Shown: positions 18,284 through 28,217, counted from the stretch's first letter. The stretch is DNA of 32,250 bases from Candidatus Acidiferrales bacterium (GCA_035275865.1 DATEME010000122.1:1-32250), one strand, 5' to 3'. Numbers and translations are program-made. The notes: a model not told the origin generated them from the letters alone.

Positions 18284-18559
18284 TCAATCCTTGATAGCCA
18301 TCTGTGACACACCGTCGTTGCCTGGATGCAGCAGACGGTCAAGGAAGCCAACGAGCGGCATTCGAGGGCCATCATGATTTTCTCGCAAGCCGATCCCGGT
18401 TTCGCCCAGGATTCGTCGCAGGGAGGCCCTTTGCGCGATCCTTAGACCCTTACTGAAACCGATGGCGCTCCAGACGGCTTCCAGGATTTCCTTCTCGCGC
18501 TGCGCACGGAAGCGATCACGTTCCGTAAGCCTGTCGCTTACGTCCATGGCGATTCGCAT
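18284..18559 (-). CDS. Hypothetical small protein (91 aa)
   Basis: ORF begins 21 nt downstream of the lipoprotein gene stop on the same strand. The sequence looks protein-like but I recognise no family, and there is no clear RBS. Confidence 0.35.
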   Translation of the reverse strand: MRIAMDVSDRLTERDRFRAQREKEILEAVWSAIGFSKGLRIAQRASLRRILGETGIGLRENHDGPRMPLVGFLDRLLHPGNDGVSQMAIKD

Positions 18560-18580
18560 TATTATTTCCGAATTTTCATT

Positions 18581-21355
18581 TTAGTGATTGAGGAGAATTA
18601 CGTCTGGGTGCTCGTTATTCGGATTGCTGTCGAGCGAGATCATGCGGATCTGGCTCGGCGACACCATGTAAAAGACAAGATTTGCCGGAAATCCAGGCGG
18701 CGGGCTGTTAGACATAGTCCCGCGACCGTTTGCGGCGAGACTATCGACATTCAACTGCAATCCCTGGCCAAGATGTGCTGGCTTTCCCGGCGGGTCCACC
18801 TCGTCGAGTGTGCCCACAAGTATGGGATTGGCGCCGCCGTTTGAAACGAGCTGACCGACGGTACTGGGGGTATTCGTATCCCGCGGGAGTGACGCGCTGA
18901 GGGCGTAACTGCCTTCGACTATGCTTGACGTGTAGCTCATGGGCGTCTGCAATTCGAGTCGGCCGGTCGTCACGGCTGCGTCTCCCCCAAGGATGAAACC
19001 CTGCCCAGAGCCCGTAAGATACGCCACGCCAAGGCGCGGGTCGACATTACCAAACGTAGCCCGGCCGTTGGACGCAACCACGCAGCGGGATGCGGCCGGA
19101 GTGACCGATGAAATCGTGCCGCCCGCGTTCTGGTCATAAGAGAGCGAAACATCCGCCGTGGTCCCGTCGCAGGTCGCCGCCGTGAGCAGACCCGCCATAA
19201 CGGTTGAATTCTTGCCGTCGAAACCTGTCCCTGTAACAACGCTGTTGCCCGCGAACGACGATGCGCCGAACGTGGTGCCGGTCTGTTGCAGGACGGCTTC
19301 GCCGCTCAACCGCGGGAACTGATCGGTGATCGAAGGAACGTCGGTTTCAACGAAATAAACGTCCGAAGACGAGACGAAATAAAACGCGAACTGAAGCTGC
19401 GTCTGCGATTTTCCGGCAAGCGAATAGAGCAGCGTAGCCGTTCCTCGCAAGTCGCTCGCCGTGAACGAGAATGTTCCCGAAGGCGATTGCAATTGCGAGA
19501 GAGTGCCCGCATCGTTGATATCGCTCGTGATCGGCGTAAGTTTGCTGACGCCGTCGGCATGCATCACGCCTGCAAGCGCCGCTGGTTTCGCATTGAAGTC
19601 CTGGCCTAAGAGTTCGAACGCGTAATTGCCGCTGAGGCTTCCGGCAGAAAACGTCGACTGCGAAACAGGTTTGATCACCCCAGCGCCGTGGGTCGAGTAG
19701 ACATCCGTATTGGTGTTCGTGTCGTTGTTCTCGATCATGCGGAGTGTTCCGTCCGATTCGAGCGCGAGCTGATAATCCACGTTCAACGCCGCTTGCACGC
19801 CCGGGTTCACAATCAGATGGAGCGCGCCGCGTCCATCGGCGCCGCTGATTCCGATCGAATACGTGCCGGTGAGCCGGGCATTTTGCACAATACCTTCCGT
19901 GCGGTTGCTGTCTTCAAAGCCTGATGTGATGTTGCCGTCCCCGTCGGACGTGAGCGTGCCCGCTATGGATACCGGACCGCCCGCATCGAAGCCCTGGAAG
20001 AAAAATGTATAGGTCCCGCTGAAAAGCGAATTCGTATTCGTGCCCGTGGCTACGGTGATCGAGTATGTTGCGGTCTGCGGAGCGTCGAGGCTATCCGAAT
20101 CGGTGGCCTGTACGGTGAAGCTGCTGGTGCCTGCGAGAATCGGATTGCCCGAAATCAAACCGGTATTGTTCGATTGGCTCGATAGAGACAGCCCGGCGGG
20201 AAGCTGGCCGGAGACCAGTGTCCAATCGTACGGCGGGATGCCGCCTTGCGCCTGAAGCAATGCACTGTAGCCCGCGGCCGTCGCGCCGTTTGGCAGCGAT
20301 GTCGTCGTGATGTGGAACGGGGGTGGACTGCTAATCGTGATTGAAGCGGGCACCGAGGCGCTCTGATGAGTTGGCACGGCGGAATCCGTCACGGAAACAG
20401 TGAAGGGATAGGAGCCTGCGGCAACATTTGTCGCGACAGTACCCGTGATTTGCCCGCTGTTGTTGTTCAAAGTAAGCCCGTCGGGCAAGCTGCCGCTGGA
20501 AAGTCCAAACGTGAGCGGCGGAACTCCGCCGTTCGATGTAACCGTCCCGCTGTAGCTGGCTCCGATGAACCCTTGAGGCAAAGAGGCAGACGCCGAGAGT
20601 GGCGGCGGTCCTGCAACCGTGATGGAAAGCGCGAGTGGCGTCGCAGCTGTTGATCCGTTGAAATCCTTCACCTGCACGACGAAATTCGACGTTTGCGAGC
20701 CGGGACCAGGAAACGTCGGCGTGCCGACGATTTGCCCGGAATTGGGGTTCAACGTGAGCCCACTCGGAAGGTTTCCGGATGCAATGTAATACGTCAGCGG
20801 AGCGGTGCCATATTGCGCGGCAACAGTAGCCGTGTAGGGAACGCCATTCATCGCGCCCGTGGGAATGCTCGTCGTGGTGAACTGCGGCGCGATATTCACC
20901 GTGATCGTCACGTTGGACGTGATCACGGGGTCGTAGACCGAAGTTGCCGTCAAAGTAAAAGAAGCCTGTGACGAAACACTCGGGGCGGTGTACGTGACCG
21001 AAGTATTCGTCACATTCGAAAGCGTGCCGCACCCCGCGCCCGTGCCGCTGCTGCACACGTTTCCGTTGAGCGTAAGCGACCACTTCACGCCCTTATTTGT
21101 CGTGTCCCCCGCAAGCGTAGCCGTGAAATTCAGTGAATGCCCCGAATCGACGAATTGAGTCGAATTCGGATTGATATTGACGGTTACAGCGGTAATGGAA
21201 CCCTTGTGGCAACCGGCCTCCACAATGAAAGCCACGCAGATTAAAAGCAAAGCTAAAAAGCGGAAAGAACTCACGTGCACAGGCGAGCGCTTGAGATTCT
21301 CGGCCCAGACGCTGAGGCTCTTGTGATTGTGGGCATACGTCTTCTGTATAGCCAT
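18581..21355 (-). CDS. Large surface lipoprotein: Ig-like domain, 3x He_PIG (putative Ig) repeats, 4x uncharacterised ~100-aa modules
   Basis: Lipobox LLLICVAFIVEAG-C. He_PIG signatures GNLPSGLTLNPNSGQIVGTP, GSLPDGLTLNNNSGQITGTV and GQLPAGLSLSSQSNNTGLISGNP at ~95-aa spacing. ATG 21355 (AAGGTG RBS-like) is preferred to track start 21445. In-frame GTGs at 21280 and 21274 would give a shorter, more typical signal peptide. Confidence 0.8.
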   Translation of the reverse strand: MAIQKTYAHNHKSLSVWAENLKRSPVHVSSFRFLALLLICVAFIVEAGCHKGSITAVTVNINPNSTQFVDSGHSLNFTATLAGDTTNKGVKWSLTLNGNVCSSGTGAGCGTLSNVTNTSVTYTAPSVSSQASFTLTATSVYDPVITSNVTITVNIAPQFTTTSIPTGAMNGVPYTATVAAQYGTAPLTYYIASGNLPSGLTLNPNSGQIVGTPTFPGPGSQTSNFVVQVKDFNGSTAATPLALSITVAGPPPLSASASLPQGFIGASYSGTVTSNGGVPPLTFGLSSGSLPDGLTLNNNSGQITGTVATNVAAGSYPFTVSVTDSAVPTHQSASVPASITISSPPPFHITTTSLPNGATAAGYSALLQAQGGIPPYDWTLVSGQLPAGLSLSSQSNNTGLISGNPILAGTSSFTVQATDSDSLDAPQTATYSITVATGTNTNSLFSGTYTFFFQGFDAGGPVSIAGTLTSDGDGNITSGFEDSNRTEGIVQNARLTGTYSIGISGADGRGALHLIVNPGVQAALNVDYQLALESDGTLRMIENNDTNTNTDVYSTHGAGVIKPVSQSTFSAGSLSGNYAFELLGQDFNAKPAALAGVMHADGVSKLTPITSDINDAGTLSQLQSPSGTFSFTASDLRGTATLLYSLAGKSQTQLQFAFYFVSSSDVYFVETDVPSITDQFPRLSGEAVLQQTGTTFGASSFAGNSVVTGTGFDGKNSTVMAGLLTAATCDGTTADVSLSYDQNAGGTISSVTPAASRCVVASNGRATFGNVDPRLGVAYLTGSGQGFILGGDAAVTTGRLELQTPMSYTSSIVEGSYALSASLPRDTNTPSTVGQLVSNGGANPILVGTLDEVDPPGKPAHLGQGLQLNVDSLAANGRGTMSNSPPPGFPANLVFYMVSPSQIRMISLDSNPNNEHPDVILLNH

Positions 21356-21586
21356 GGCACCTTTGTGAATTTTTCTCAGATCCGCCCCAACCGGGAAGGC
21401 GTCTGTAAGTCCAATGCTCACGCGGCGAATCGACTTGAATAACAAAACGGCCAGAGAGTGTCAACGAACATCTCCGGCCGAGCCATTTAGGTGTGCGCGC
21501 TCTCCCCTTGCACCGTTTCTGGATGCCAAGCCGGGCGGGGCCGTTGCCTGCGCGTTTTGGTACTCTGGAGCAGAAGGAGCAGGAAG

Positions 21587-23023
21587 ATGATACGCAATCA
21601 AATGACCTTATGCGAACTGTTTGACCGCTCCTTGGTGGCTCGCAAGGACGTAATCGGACTCGAATTTCAAGGCCGCACCTTCACCTTTGGCGAAATCGAC
21701 GCGCGGAGCAATCGCCTGGCAAATCTTCTCGCTGCGCGAGGGCTGAAGCCCGGCGACCGGATTTGCGTCTACCTCGTAAATTCCATCGAAACGATCGACT
21801 TTTTTCTCGCCTGCGCGAAACTCGGCCTCGTTTTTGTCCCGATCAATATTCTCTATCGCGACCGCGAAATCTCGCACATTCTGGGCGACGCCGAACCCTC
21901 TGCGGTTGTCACCGACGCGAAAATCGACACCTCTTTGCCGGTTTGGACTCGTGCAGAACTCGCCCGCGACGCCGAAGAGATGCCGAGCGCGCGTCCGGCC
22001 GCTTCTTTTGATGACCAGCACGCCGCGGGCATCATTTACACCTCAGGAACGACTGGTGCCTCGAAAGGCGCGGTCTTGTCGCACGCTAATTTTTCGGCGA
22101 ATGCCCTGACGCTGCTTGACGCCTGGCAGATTACCGATGCAGACCGCCTTCTGCTCGCGTTGCCTCTCTTCCACATTCATGGCTTGGGCAACGGCCTTTG
22201 CTGCTGGCTCGCCAGCGGTTGCCGCATGCGCCTGCTGGAGCGTTTCGAGCACCAAAAAGCCTCCTCGGAATTTCTGGATTTCGCGCCGACGCTCTTCTTC
22301 GGCGTCCCCACGATGTACGTCCGCATGCTCGATTTCGATGCCGACGCTGCGCGCAAGATCGGCAGCCGCATGCGCCTCTTTGTCTCGGGCTCCGCGCCCC
22401 TTTCCGCTCACGTGTTCGAGCAGTTTCGCGAAAAATTCGGCCACGCGATCCTCGAACGCTACGGCATGAGCGAGACGTTCATGATCGCTGGCAATCCGTA
22501 CACAGGCGAACGCCGCCCCGGCACCGTCGGCCTGCCTTTACCGGGCGTGTCGGTCGAACTGCTCAAGCCGGACGGCGCGCCGGCCGCTCCCGGCGAAACG
22601 GGCGAGATTCATGTGAAGGGTCCGAGCGTTTTTCGGCGTTATTGGCGCGGACAGGCATCGTTTGCGAGAGAATCCTTCCGCACGGGTGATATTGCCACGC
22701 GCTCTGAGGACGGCTACTACACCCTCTGCGGCCGCCAAAGCGACTTGATCATTTCCGGCGGCTTCAATATCTATCCGCGCGAAATCGAGGACTTCTTGCA
22801 GGAGCAGCAGGAAGTTACTGAGGCGGCGGTGGTCGGCCGCGCCGATCCAGTCCGCGGTGAGATCCCGGTTGCTTACGTCGTGTTGCGCAATCCGGCGGAC
22901 ACGGCCGAACTCGAGCGCCGTTGCCGCGAAGGCCTCGCCTCATTCAAAGTCCCGCGCCAATTCATCCCCATCGAAAAGCTCCCGCGCAACGCCATGGGCA
23001 AGATTCAAAAGCACCTTTTGTAG
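21587..23023 (+). CDS. AMP-dependent synthetase/ligase (acyl- or malonyl-CoA synthetase-like adenylate-forming enzyme)
   Basis: AMP-binding motifs IIYTSGTTGASKGAVLSH, ERYGMSETF, GEIHVKGPSVFRRYW, FRTGDIA...GRQSDLIISGGFNIYPREIE and C-terminal PRNAMGKIQK. ATG 21587 with AGGAGCAGGA RBS is preferred to track start 21491. Substrate cannot be read from sequence. Confidence 0.85.
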   Translation: MIRNQMTLCELFDRSLVARKDVIGLEFQGRTFTFGEIDARSNRLANLLAARGLKPGDRICVYLVNSIETIDFFLACAKLGLVFVPINILYRDREISHILGDAEPSAVVTDAKIDTSLPVWTRAELARDAEEMPSARPAASFDDQHAAGIIYTSGTTGASKGAVLSHANFSANALTLLDAWQITDADRLLLALPLFHIHGLGNGLCCWLASGCRMRLLERFEHQKASSEFLDFAPTLFFGVPTMYVRMLDFDADAARKIGSRMRLFVSGSAPLSAHVFEQFREKFGHAILERYGMSETFMIAGNPYTGERRPGTVGLPLPGVSVELLKPDGAPAAPGETGEIHVKGPSVFRRYWRGQASFARESFRTGDIATRSEDGYYTLCGRQSDLIISGGFNIYPREIEDFLQEQQEVTEAAVVGRADPVRGEIPVAYVVLRNPADTAELERRCREGLASFKVPRQFIPIEKLPRNAMGKIQKHLL

Positions 23024-23026
23024 CTA

Positions 23027-23054
23027 CTGCGTCATTAGGCGTACCTAGACGCAG
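23027..23054 (+). terminator. Stem-loop immediately after the synthetase stop (non-canonical terminator candidate)
   Basis: CTGCGTC (23027-23033) pairs with GACGCAG (23048-23054). An inner TAGG/CCTA pairing surrounds a CGTA loop. No U-tract follows. Confidence 0.3.
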
Positions 23055-23255
23055 CCCCAGTCATGCAAATCGCACGAGGCATTTTCCCAGCTCTCAATGC
23101 TAACCTTCGCGCCTCATATCGGTCTAAAATGATTTGCGCTATATTATTTTTCACAGCGTTTTACCGTTGGAGCCGCTTTTTTGATATAAGAGTTCCTTTG
23201 ATTTGGCATCGTAAGCAGACAATCTGCTGGGTCCCCCTTTGCATGGAGGCAAGCA

Positions 23256-24215
23256 TTGATAGAAGTAAAGGATCTAACGAAGTCCTACGGCCAGGTTACC
23301 GCAGTCGATCACATCTCATTTGGCGTAAATAAGGGCGAAATCCTCGGCTTTCTCGGCCCCAACGGCGCCGGGAAGACCACGACGATGCGCATCCTGACGG
23401 GCTTTATGCCGGCCACCTCTGGCACCGCCAGCATCGCCGGTTTTGACGTCACAAATGAGTCGCTCGAAGTTCGCCGCCACATCGGCTACCTGCCGGAAGC
23501 GCCACCCGTTTACCCCGATATGAGCGTCGAATCTTATCTCGACTTCGTCGCGCGCATTAAAAACGTCCCGGCGGAAAAGCGCCGCGCGCGTGTTGACGAC
23601 GCAATGGCGAAAACGAATCTCAGCGAGCGCCGTCACGAGTTGATCAAGCGCCTCTCACGTGGGTACAAGCAGCGCGTCGGCATCGCGCAGGCGCTCGTAC
23701 ATGATCCGGACGTAATCATCCTCGATGAGCCGACCGTCGGCCTCGATCCAAAACAAATCATTGAAGTGCGCCACTTGATCAAAAGCCTCGCGGGCAATCA
23801 CACGATCATCTTGTCCACGCACATCCTGCCCGAAGTAAGCATGACGTGCGACCGCGTCGTGATCATCAACAAAGGCAAGGTCGCCGCCGTCGATACGCCG
23901 CAGAATCTCACGTCGCAGCTCAAAGGCGGCCTTCGCGTTCGGGTCGAAGCGCGGGCGCCCGAAGCCTCATTGAAAGACCTGCTCGCCAAAGTGCCCGGCG
24001 TGAAAGGCGTGCAGATCGAAGGCGCGCACAACGACGGCCACACGATCGCCACGGTCGAAGGAACGCAAGGCAAGGACATCCGCAGCGAAATCGCCGCTGG
24101 AATCGTCGGCAAGGGTTGGCCGCTTTACGAATTGCGCGGCGTCAGCATGAGTTTGGAAGACATCTTCCTTCAGCTCACCACTGATGATGCCTCGCACGCG
24201 CAGCCGGCAAATTAA
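23256..24215 (+). CDS. ABC-2 type transporter ATP-binding protein (GldA-like)
   Basis: Walker A GPNGAGKTT, signature LSRGYKQRVGIAQAL, Walker B VIILDEPTVGLD and H-loop LSTHIL. TTG start with GGAGG 6 nt upstream. Confidence 0.9.
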   Translation: MIEVKDLTKSYGQVTAVDHISFGVNKGEILGFLGPNGAGKTTTMRILTGFMPATSGTASIAGFDVTNESLEVRRHIGYLPEAPPVYPDMSVESYLDFVARIKNVPAEKRRARVDDAMAKTNLSERRHELIKRLSRGYKQRVGIAQALVHDPDVIILDEPTVGLDPKQIIEVRHLIKSLAGNHTIILSTHILPEVSMTCDRVVIINKGKVAAVDTPQNLTSQLKGGLRVRVEARAPEASLKDLLAKVPGVKGVQIEGAHNDGHTIATVEGTQGKDIRSEIAAGIVGKGWPLYELRGVSMSLEDIFLQLTTDDASHAQPAN

Positions 24216-24254
24216 TCGTCAAAGGTCGCTGGAATCATCGGGGCGGAGGTAAGA

Positions 24255-25028
24255 ATGCAAGGGATGTACGCGATTTATCGCAAGGAACTGAGCCATTATT
24301 TCGTATCGCCGATGGCTTATGTCGTCATCGGTATTTTCATCCTGTTTTGCGCGTTCGTCTTCAACTACGACACGCAGGCGGTCATATTCCAGTCGACGCA
24401 GGCGCAGATGCAGGGCATGAGCATGCCGATGGACCTGCCCGGCCAGGTGATGACAGGCTTCTTCATGTTCCTCGCCACAATGCTCCTCTTCGTTACGCCG
24501 ATGCTCACCATGGGCATCTACGCCGAAGAACGCAAGCGCGGCACCATGGAACTGCTCATGACGTCGCCCGTCACCGAAATCCAAATCGTCCTCGGCAAGT
24601 TCTTCGCCGCATTCACATTGTTTATCGCAATGTTGGTTCCCACGCTGGTGCCGGTCACGTTCCTGTATTTCACGAGTGAACCGCACTTCCCTCTCCGCAT
24701 CATCGCGTGCGGTTACCTCGGCGCGATTCTCGTGGGCGGCTCGCTGATAGCGCTGGGGACGTTCATTTCATCACTGACGGAGAACCAGCTGATCGCCGCC
24801 GTGCTCACGTTCGCCGTGTTTCTCATCATCTGGATTATCGATATCCTCGGCAGCCCAACGGGCAATTCCGCCACGGTGCTCGGATATTTTTCCGTCGTGC
24901 GCCACTTCCAGGATTTCGCACGCGGCGTGATCGACACTTCAAGTTTGGTCTACTTCGCCAGTCTGATGGTCTTTTTCGTTTTTCTCACCGTGCGCTCGGT
25001 CGATTCGATGCGCTGGCGGCGGGCATAG
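24255..25028 (+). CDS. ABC-2 family transporter permease (GldF-like)
   Basis: 257 aa and multi-pass hydrophobic. The N-terminus YRKELSHYFVSPMAYVVIGIFILF is typical of ABC-2 permeases. GGAGG RBS upstream. Confidence 0.85.
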   Translation: MQGMYAIYRKELSHYFVSPMAYVVIGIFILFCAFVFNYDTQAVIFQSTQAQMQGMSMPMDLPGQVMTGFFMFLATMLLFVTPMLTMGIYAEERKRGTMELLMTSPVTEIQIVLGKFFAAFTLFIAMLVPTLVPVTFLYFTSEPHFPLRIIACGYLGAILVGGSLIALGTFISSLTENQLIAAVLTFAVFLIIWIIDILGSPTGNSATVLGYFSVVRHFQDFARGVIDTSSLVYFASLMVFFVFLTVRSVDSMRWRRA

Positions 25029-25060
25029 TGCGCAGGAATTAGGCGCCGGAGGGATTAGGA

Positions 25061-26593
25061 ATGAAGCGGAATTTGCAAACGACGGGAGAAGTTACCCTCA
25101 GCCTCGGCGCGGCGCTGCTCGTTGCCGGCTACCTGCGCTATTCGATTCAAGGCGATCTCGAAAGGCTGAGCGAGGTGCTGCTTATCGCGGGCGGAGTGAT
25201 GTTCCTCGCAGGCCTCGGAATGTGCTATCGCGGAATCATCCGCTTTTTCTCGAAGCGCTCTTCGCAGTTAGGCACCAACACAATGATCCTGTCGGTGTCT
25301 ATTCTCGCCATCCTTGTCGTCGCCAATTATCTCGGCTACCAGTATCACAAGCGTTTCGACCTGACCACCGAGAAGCTCTTCACTCTTTCCGACCAAACGA
25401 AAAAGATCGTCGGCGGCCTAAAGACCGACGTGAACGTGGCGCGCTTCGCAAAGTCTCCGGACACGACTTACGACGAGTTGCTCCCGGAATACCACAGCCT
25501 CAGCTCGCACTTGAAATTTCAAACGGTTGATCCTCAGCAAAAGCCTGACGTGGCTAAGGACTACGGCGCCACCCAAATGGGCGACGTGATCGTCAGCTCC
25601 GGCGATAAGAAACAAACCGTCCAGGGCGCCGCCGAAGGCAATCTCACCGAGGAAAATCTCACGAGCGCCATTCTGAAAGTCACGCAGAGCGAAGTAAAAA
25701 CGGCGTGCTTCATTACCGGTCACGGCGAAAAATCCACGGCTGATACAGGCGCGCACGGCTACAGCACCGTTTCCGACGGCCTGAAAAAAGAAGGCTACGC
25801 GTCAAAGGACGTTAACCTCGTCCAATCCAACGGCGTCCCGTCTGATTGCAGCCTGGTCGTAATCGCGGGTCCGACCAAGCCGTTCTTCCCGCAAGAAGAG
25901 CAGATCGTCTCGAAGTACATCGGCAGCGGTGGCAAAGCGCTGATCATGGTCGATCCGCAGACCGATCCGCAGCTCAACGATATCTTTACCGCCTGGAATA
26001 TCAATGTCGGGAACAACGTCGTCATAGACGCCAGCGGCATTGGCCGCTTGCTCGGTGCGGGCCCGGCGATCCCGCTCGTGGCCGACTATGGCGATAGCCC
26101 GATCACGAAGACTCTCGAGCGCCAGATGACTTTTTTCCCGCTGGCTCGCACCGTTTCCCTTGCGGATAAATCGAAGACGGATCCCCAAGCCGTGGAACTG
26201 CTAAAGACTTCCGCGCAAAGCTTCACCACGCCGAAACTCGCGTCACAAGTGAAGTACGATTCGAAGACCGATCAGCTCGGCCCGCTGTCACTTGGCGTCG
26301 CCGCCAGCGGCCTCGGCAGTGATTTGAAGGCACGACTCGTCGTCATTGGCAATTCCGATTTCGCTTCCAATTCCGGCGTGAACGGTCCTGGCGACAATAG
26401 CGACCTCTTTTACAACACTATCGACTGGCTCGCGCAGCAGGAGAATCAAATCTCGATCCGGCCGAAGGAGCCGACCGACCGCCACATCACCATGACCGAA
26501 GCTCAAAAGAGCGCGTTGACGTGGCTCGACATCTTCTTGATTCCAGGACTCATCGTCTTTTCCGGCATTTCCATCTGGTGGAGGCGCCGGTAA
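25061..26593 (+). CDS. GldG-like auxiliary component of ABC-2 transporter
   Basis: 510 aa. N-terminal TM helices, a large soluble middle region and a C-terminal TM anchor (WLDIFLIPGLIVFSGISIWWRRR). The position after the ATPase and permease matches the GldA/F/G arrangement. Confidence 0.75.
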   Translation: MKRNLQTTGEVTLSLGAALLVAGYLRYSIQGDLERLSEVLLIAGGVMFLAGLGMCYRGIIRFFSKRSSQLGTNTMILSVSILAILVVANYLGYQYHKRFDLTTEKLFTLSDQTKKIVGGLKTDVNVARFAKSPDTTYDELLPEYHSLSSHLKFQTVDPQQKPDVAKDYGATQMGDVIVSSGDKKQTVQGAAEGNLTEENLTSAILKVTQSEVKTACFITGHGEKSTADTGAHGYSTVSDGLKKEGYASKDVNLVQSNGVPSDCSLVVIAGPTKPFFPQEEQIVSKYIGSGGKALIMVDPQTDPQLNDIFTAWNINVGNNVVIDASGIGRLLGAGPAIPLVADYGDSPITKTLERQMTFFPLARTVSLADKSKTDPQAVELLKTSAQSFTTPKLASQVKYDSKTDQLGPLSLGVAASGLGSDLKARLVVIGNSDFASNSGVNGPGDNSDLFYNTIDWLAQQENQISIRPKEPTDRHITMTEAQKSALTWLDIFLIPGLIVFSGISIWWRRR

Positions 26594-26622
26594 ACGGATT
26601 CCGGCAGGCGGCAGGCAAACGT

Positions 26623-27969
26623 ATGATTAGCAGATCGACCCTAATTGTTCTCATACTCGCAGTACTCATTGGCGGTGGAACGTACTACTACCAGAAGAAG
26701 CATTCGACGACGCCGGCGCTCACGGATACCTCCAAGCCGGTCTTCCCGTCGATGCAGTCGTCCGACATTCAGTCCGTCACGTTGCATCACCTGCCCGAGG
26801 GCAAAGACACAACCATCGTGCTGAACCGTAAAGGCGATGGATGGGAAATGACCCAGCCGCTCGACACGCCGGCCGACATGTCCTCGGTCCAGGGCATCGC
26901 CGACGGCCTCGCCGAAGCAAGCTCATCGCAGTCCGAACCGGGCACTCCCGATCGTCTGAAGGCCTACGGCCTGGATCCAGGTTCTGTCGCGATCGATTTC
27001 ACAACGAAAAACGGAACGAAGCACACGGTTTTACTAGGGAATAAGGACTTCACAGGCGACGATGTCTACGCCGTCGTCGACTCGCAGCAAAAAGTAACTC
27101 TACTGCCCAATTCTCTTCTCACCAGTGCTGATAAGACCGCGGACGACCTTCGTGATAAAGCTGTCCTCCACGTCGATACCGATCAGGCTGCTTCCGCCGA
27201 ATTAAAAAACCCATCCGGCGATATCGTAATGAAAAAGACTTCAAGCGGCTGGAATATGACCAAGCCCGATACCGCCGCGGCGGATTCCGACGCTGTCTCA
27301 TCGTTGCTTTCCGCCGTTTCCACAGGCAAATTCGCTGGCATCGCCAGCGAAATTCCTAACGATCTCGCCAAGTACGGACTTTCCAATCCAGCCGTCACGT
27401 TCACTGTAACCAACGACATTGGCAAGTCCTCCACCCTGATCGTAGGTGGCAAGAAAGGCGAGGATTATTACGCCCGCGATACCTCCCGCCCCACGATCTT
27501 CGAGATCGGCGCCGATCTTTATAAGAAACTTACACAAACTCCCGGCGAATTGCTCGATAAAGAGCCGCTGCACGTCGATGAGTCCGACATAAACGAAATT
27601 CAGATCCAGGATTCTAACGGCGATATCGTTGCCGACCGCAAATCCGGCGGCGGCGAAGAGTGGGTCATGACCGCGCCTGCCGCCCAAAAAGGCAAAAGCG
27701 CAAGCGCATGGAAGGTCTTCAGCGTTCTTTCGGAGCTTAAAGCCGACGAGGTAATCGAAAAGCCCACTGCCGCCGTATTGGCCGGCTTCGATCATCCCGC
27801 CTACCAGCTGACGCTCGTCGATAGCAAGGGCAAGAAGCGCACCCTCAAAGTGTCTAAGCCGGCCGGCGATTTCATCTATGCCCAATCCAGCGACGGCCCG
27901 GCAGTTTTCAAGATCAAAAAGGCAAGCCTCAGCGATCTCAATATCGCTCCCGCCGATCTCGCCTCCTGA
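26623..27969 (+). CDS. DUF4340-like membrane-anchored protein
   Basis: N-terminal TM LIVLILAVLIGGGTYYY. Three internal repeats share a GW-x-MT-x-P motif (KGDGWEMTQPLD, SSGWNMTKPDT, EEWVMTAPAA). ATG 26623 is preferred to track start 26521, which overlaps the upstream gene. Family call is from memory of the usual GldG-DUF4340 pairing. Confidence 0.65.
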   Translation: MISRSTLIVLILAVLIGGGTYYYQKKHSTTPALTDTSKPVFPSMQSSDIQSVTLHHLPEGKDTTIVLNRKGDGWEMTQPLDTPADMSSVQGIADGLAEASSSQSEPGTPDRLKAYGLDPGSVAIDFTTKNGTKHTVLLGNKDFTGDDVYAVVDSQQKVTLLPNSLLTSADKTADDLRDKAVLHVDTDQAASAELKNPSGDIVMKKTSSGWNMTKPDTAAADSDAVSSLLSAVSTGKFAGIASEIPNDLAKYGLSNPAVTFTVTNDIGKSSTLIVGGKKGEDYYARDTSRPTIFEIGADLYKKLTQTPGELLDKEPLHVDESDINEIQIQDSNGDIVADRKSGGGEEWVMTAPAAQKGKSASAWKVFSVLSELKADEVIEKPTAAVLAGFDHPAYQLTLVDSKGKKRTLKVSKPAGDFIYAQSSDGPAVFKIKKASLSDLNIAPADLAS

Positions 27970-28217
27970 GGCGGTTCCCGAAGCTTTCGGGCGCGGATGT
28001 GTGACATAATCGGCTTTATTCGTCTAAATAATGCAACTACGGCCGATTGTTGCCTTGCATTTTCCTGTTTGTCGAGTAGTATACCAACGTGTTCCCTGTC
28101 TTTGGGTGCGTTGAGAAATCGGCCGATAATATAGTGAACGTCAACCTTTAAGTTGCTACTTGCGCGCGCCGCGGGAACTTGCCATATTGCCCGCAGCCAT
28201 GGGGGGCGAAAAATATC

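Noticed and set aside
20331-21083. 250-aa minus-strand ORF in an alternate frame of the lipoprotein gene
   Set aside because: Same strand but a different frame and His/Arg/Cys-rich. The He_PIG repeat frame is clearly the real one.
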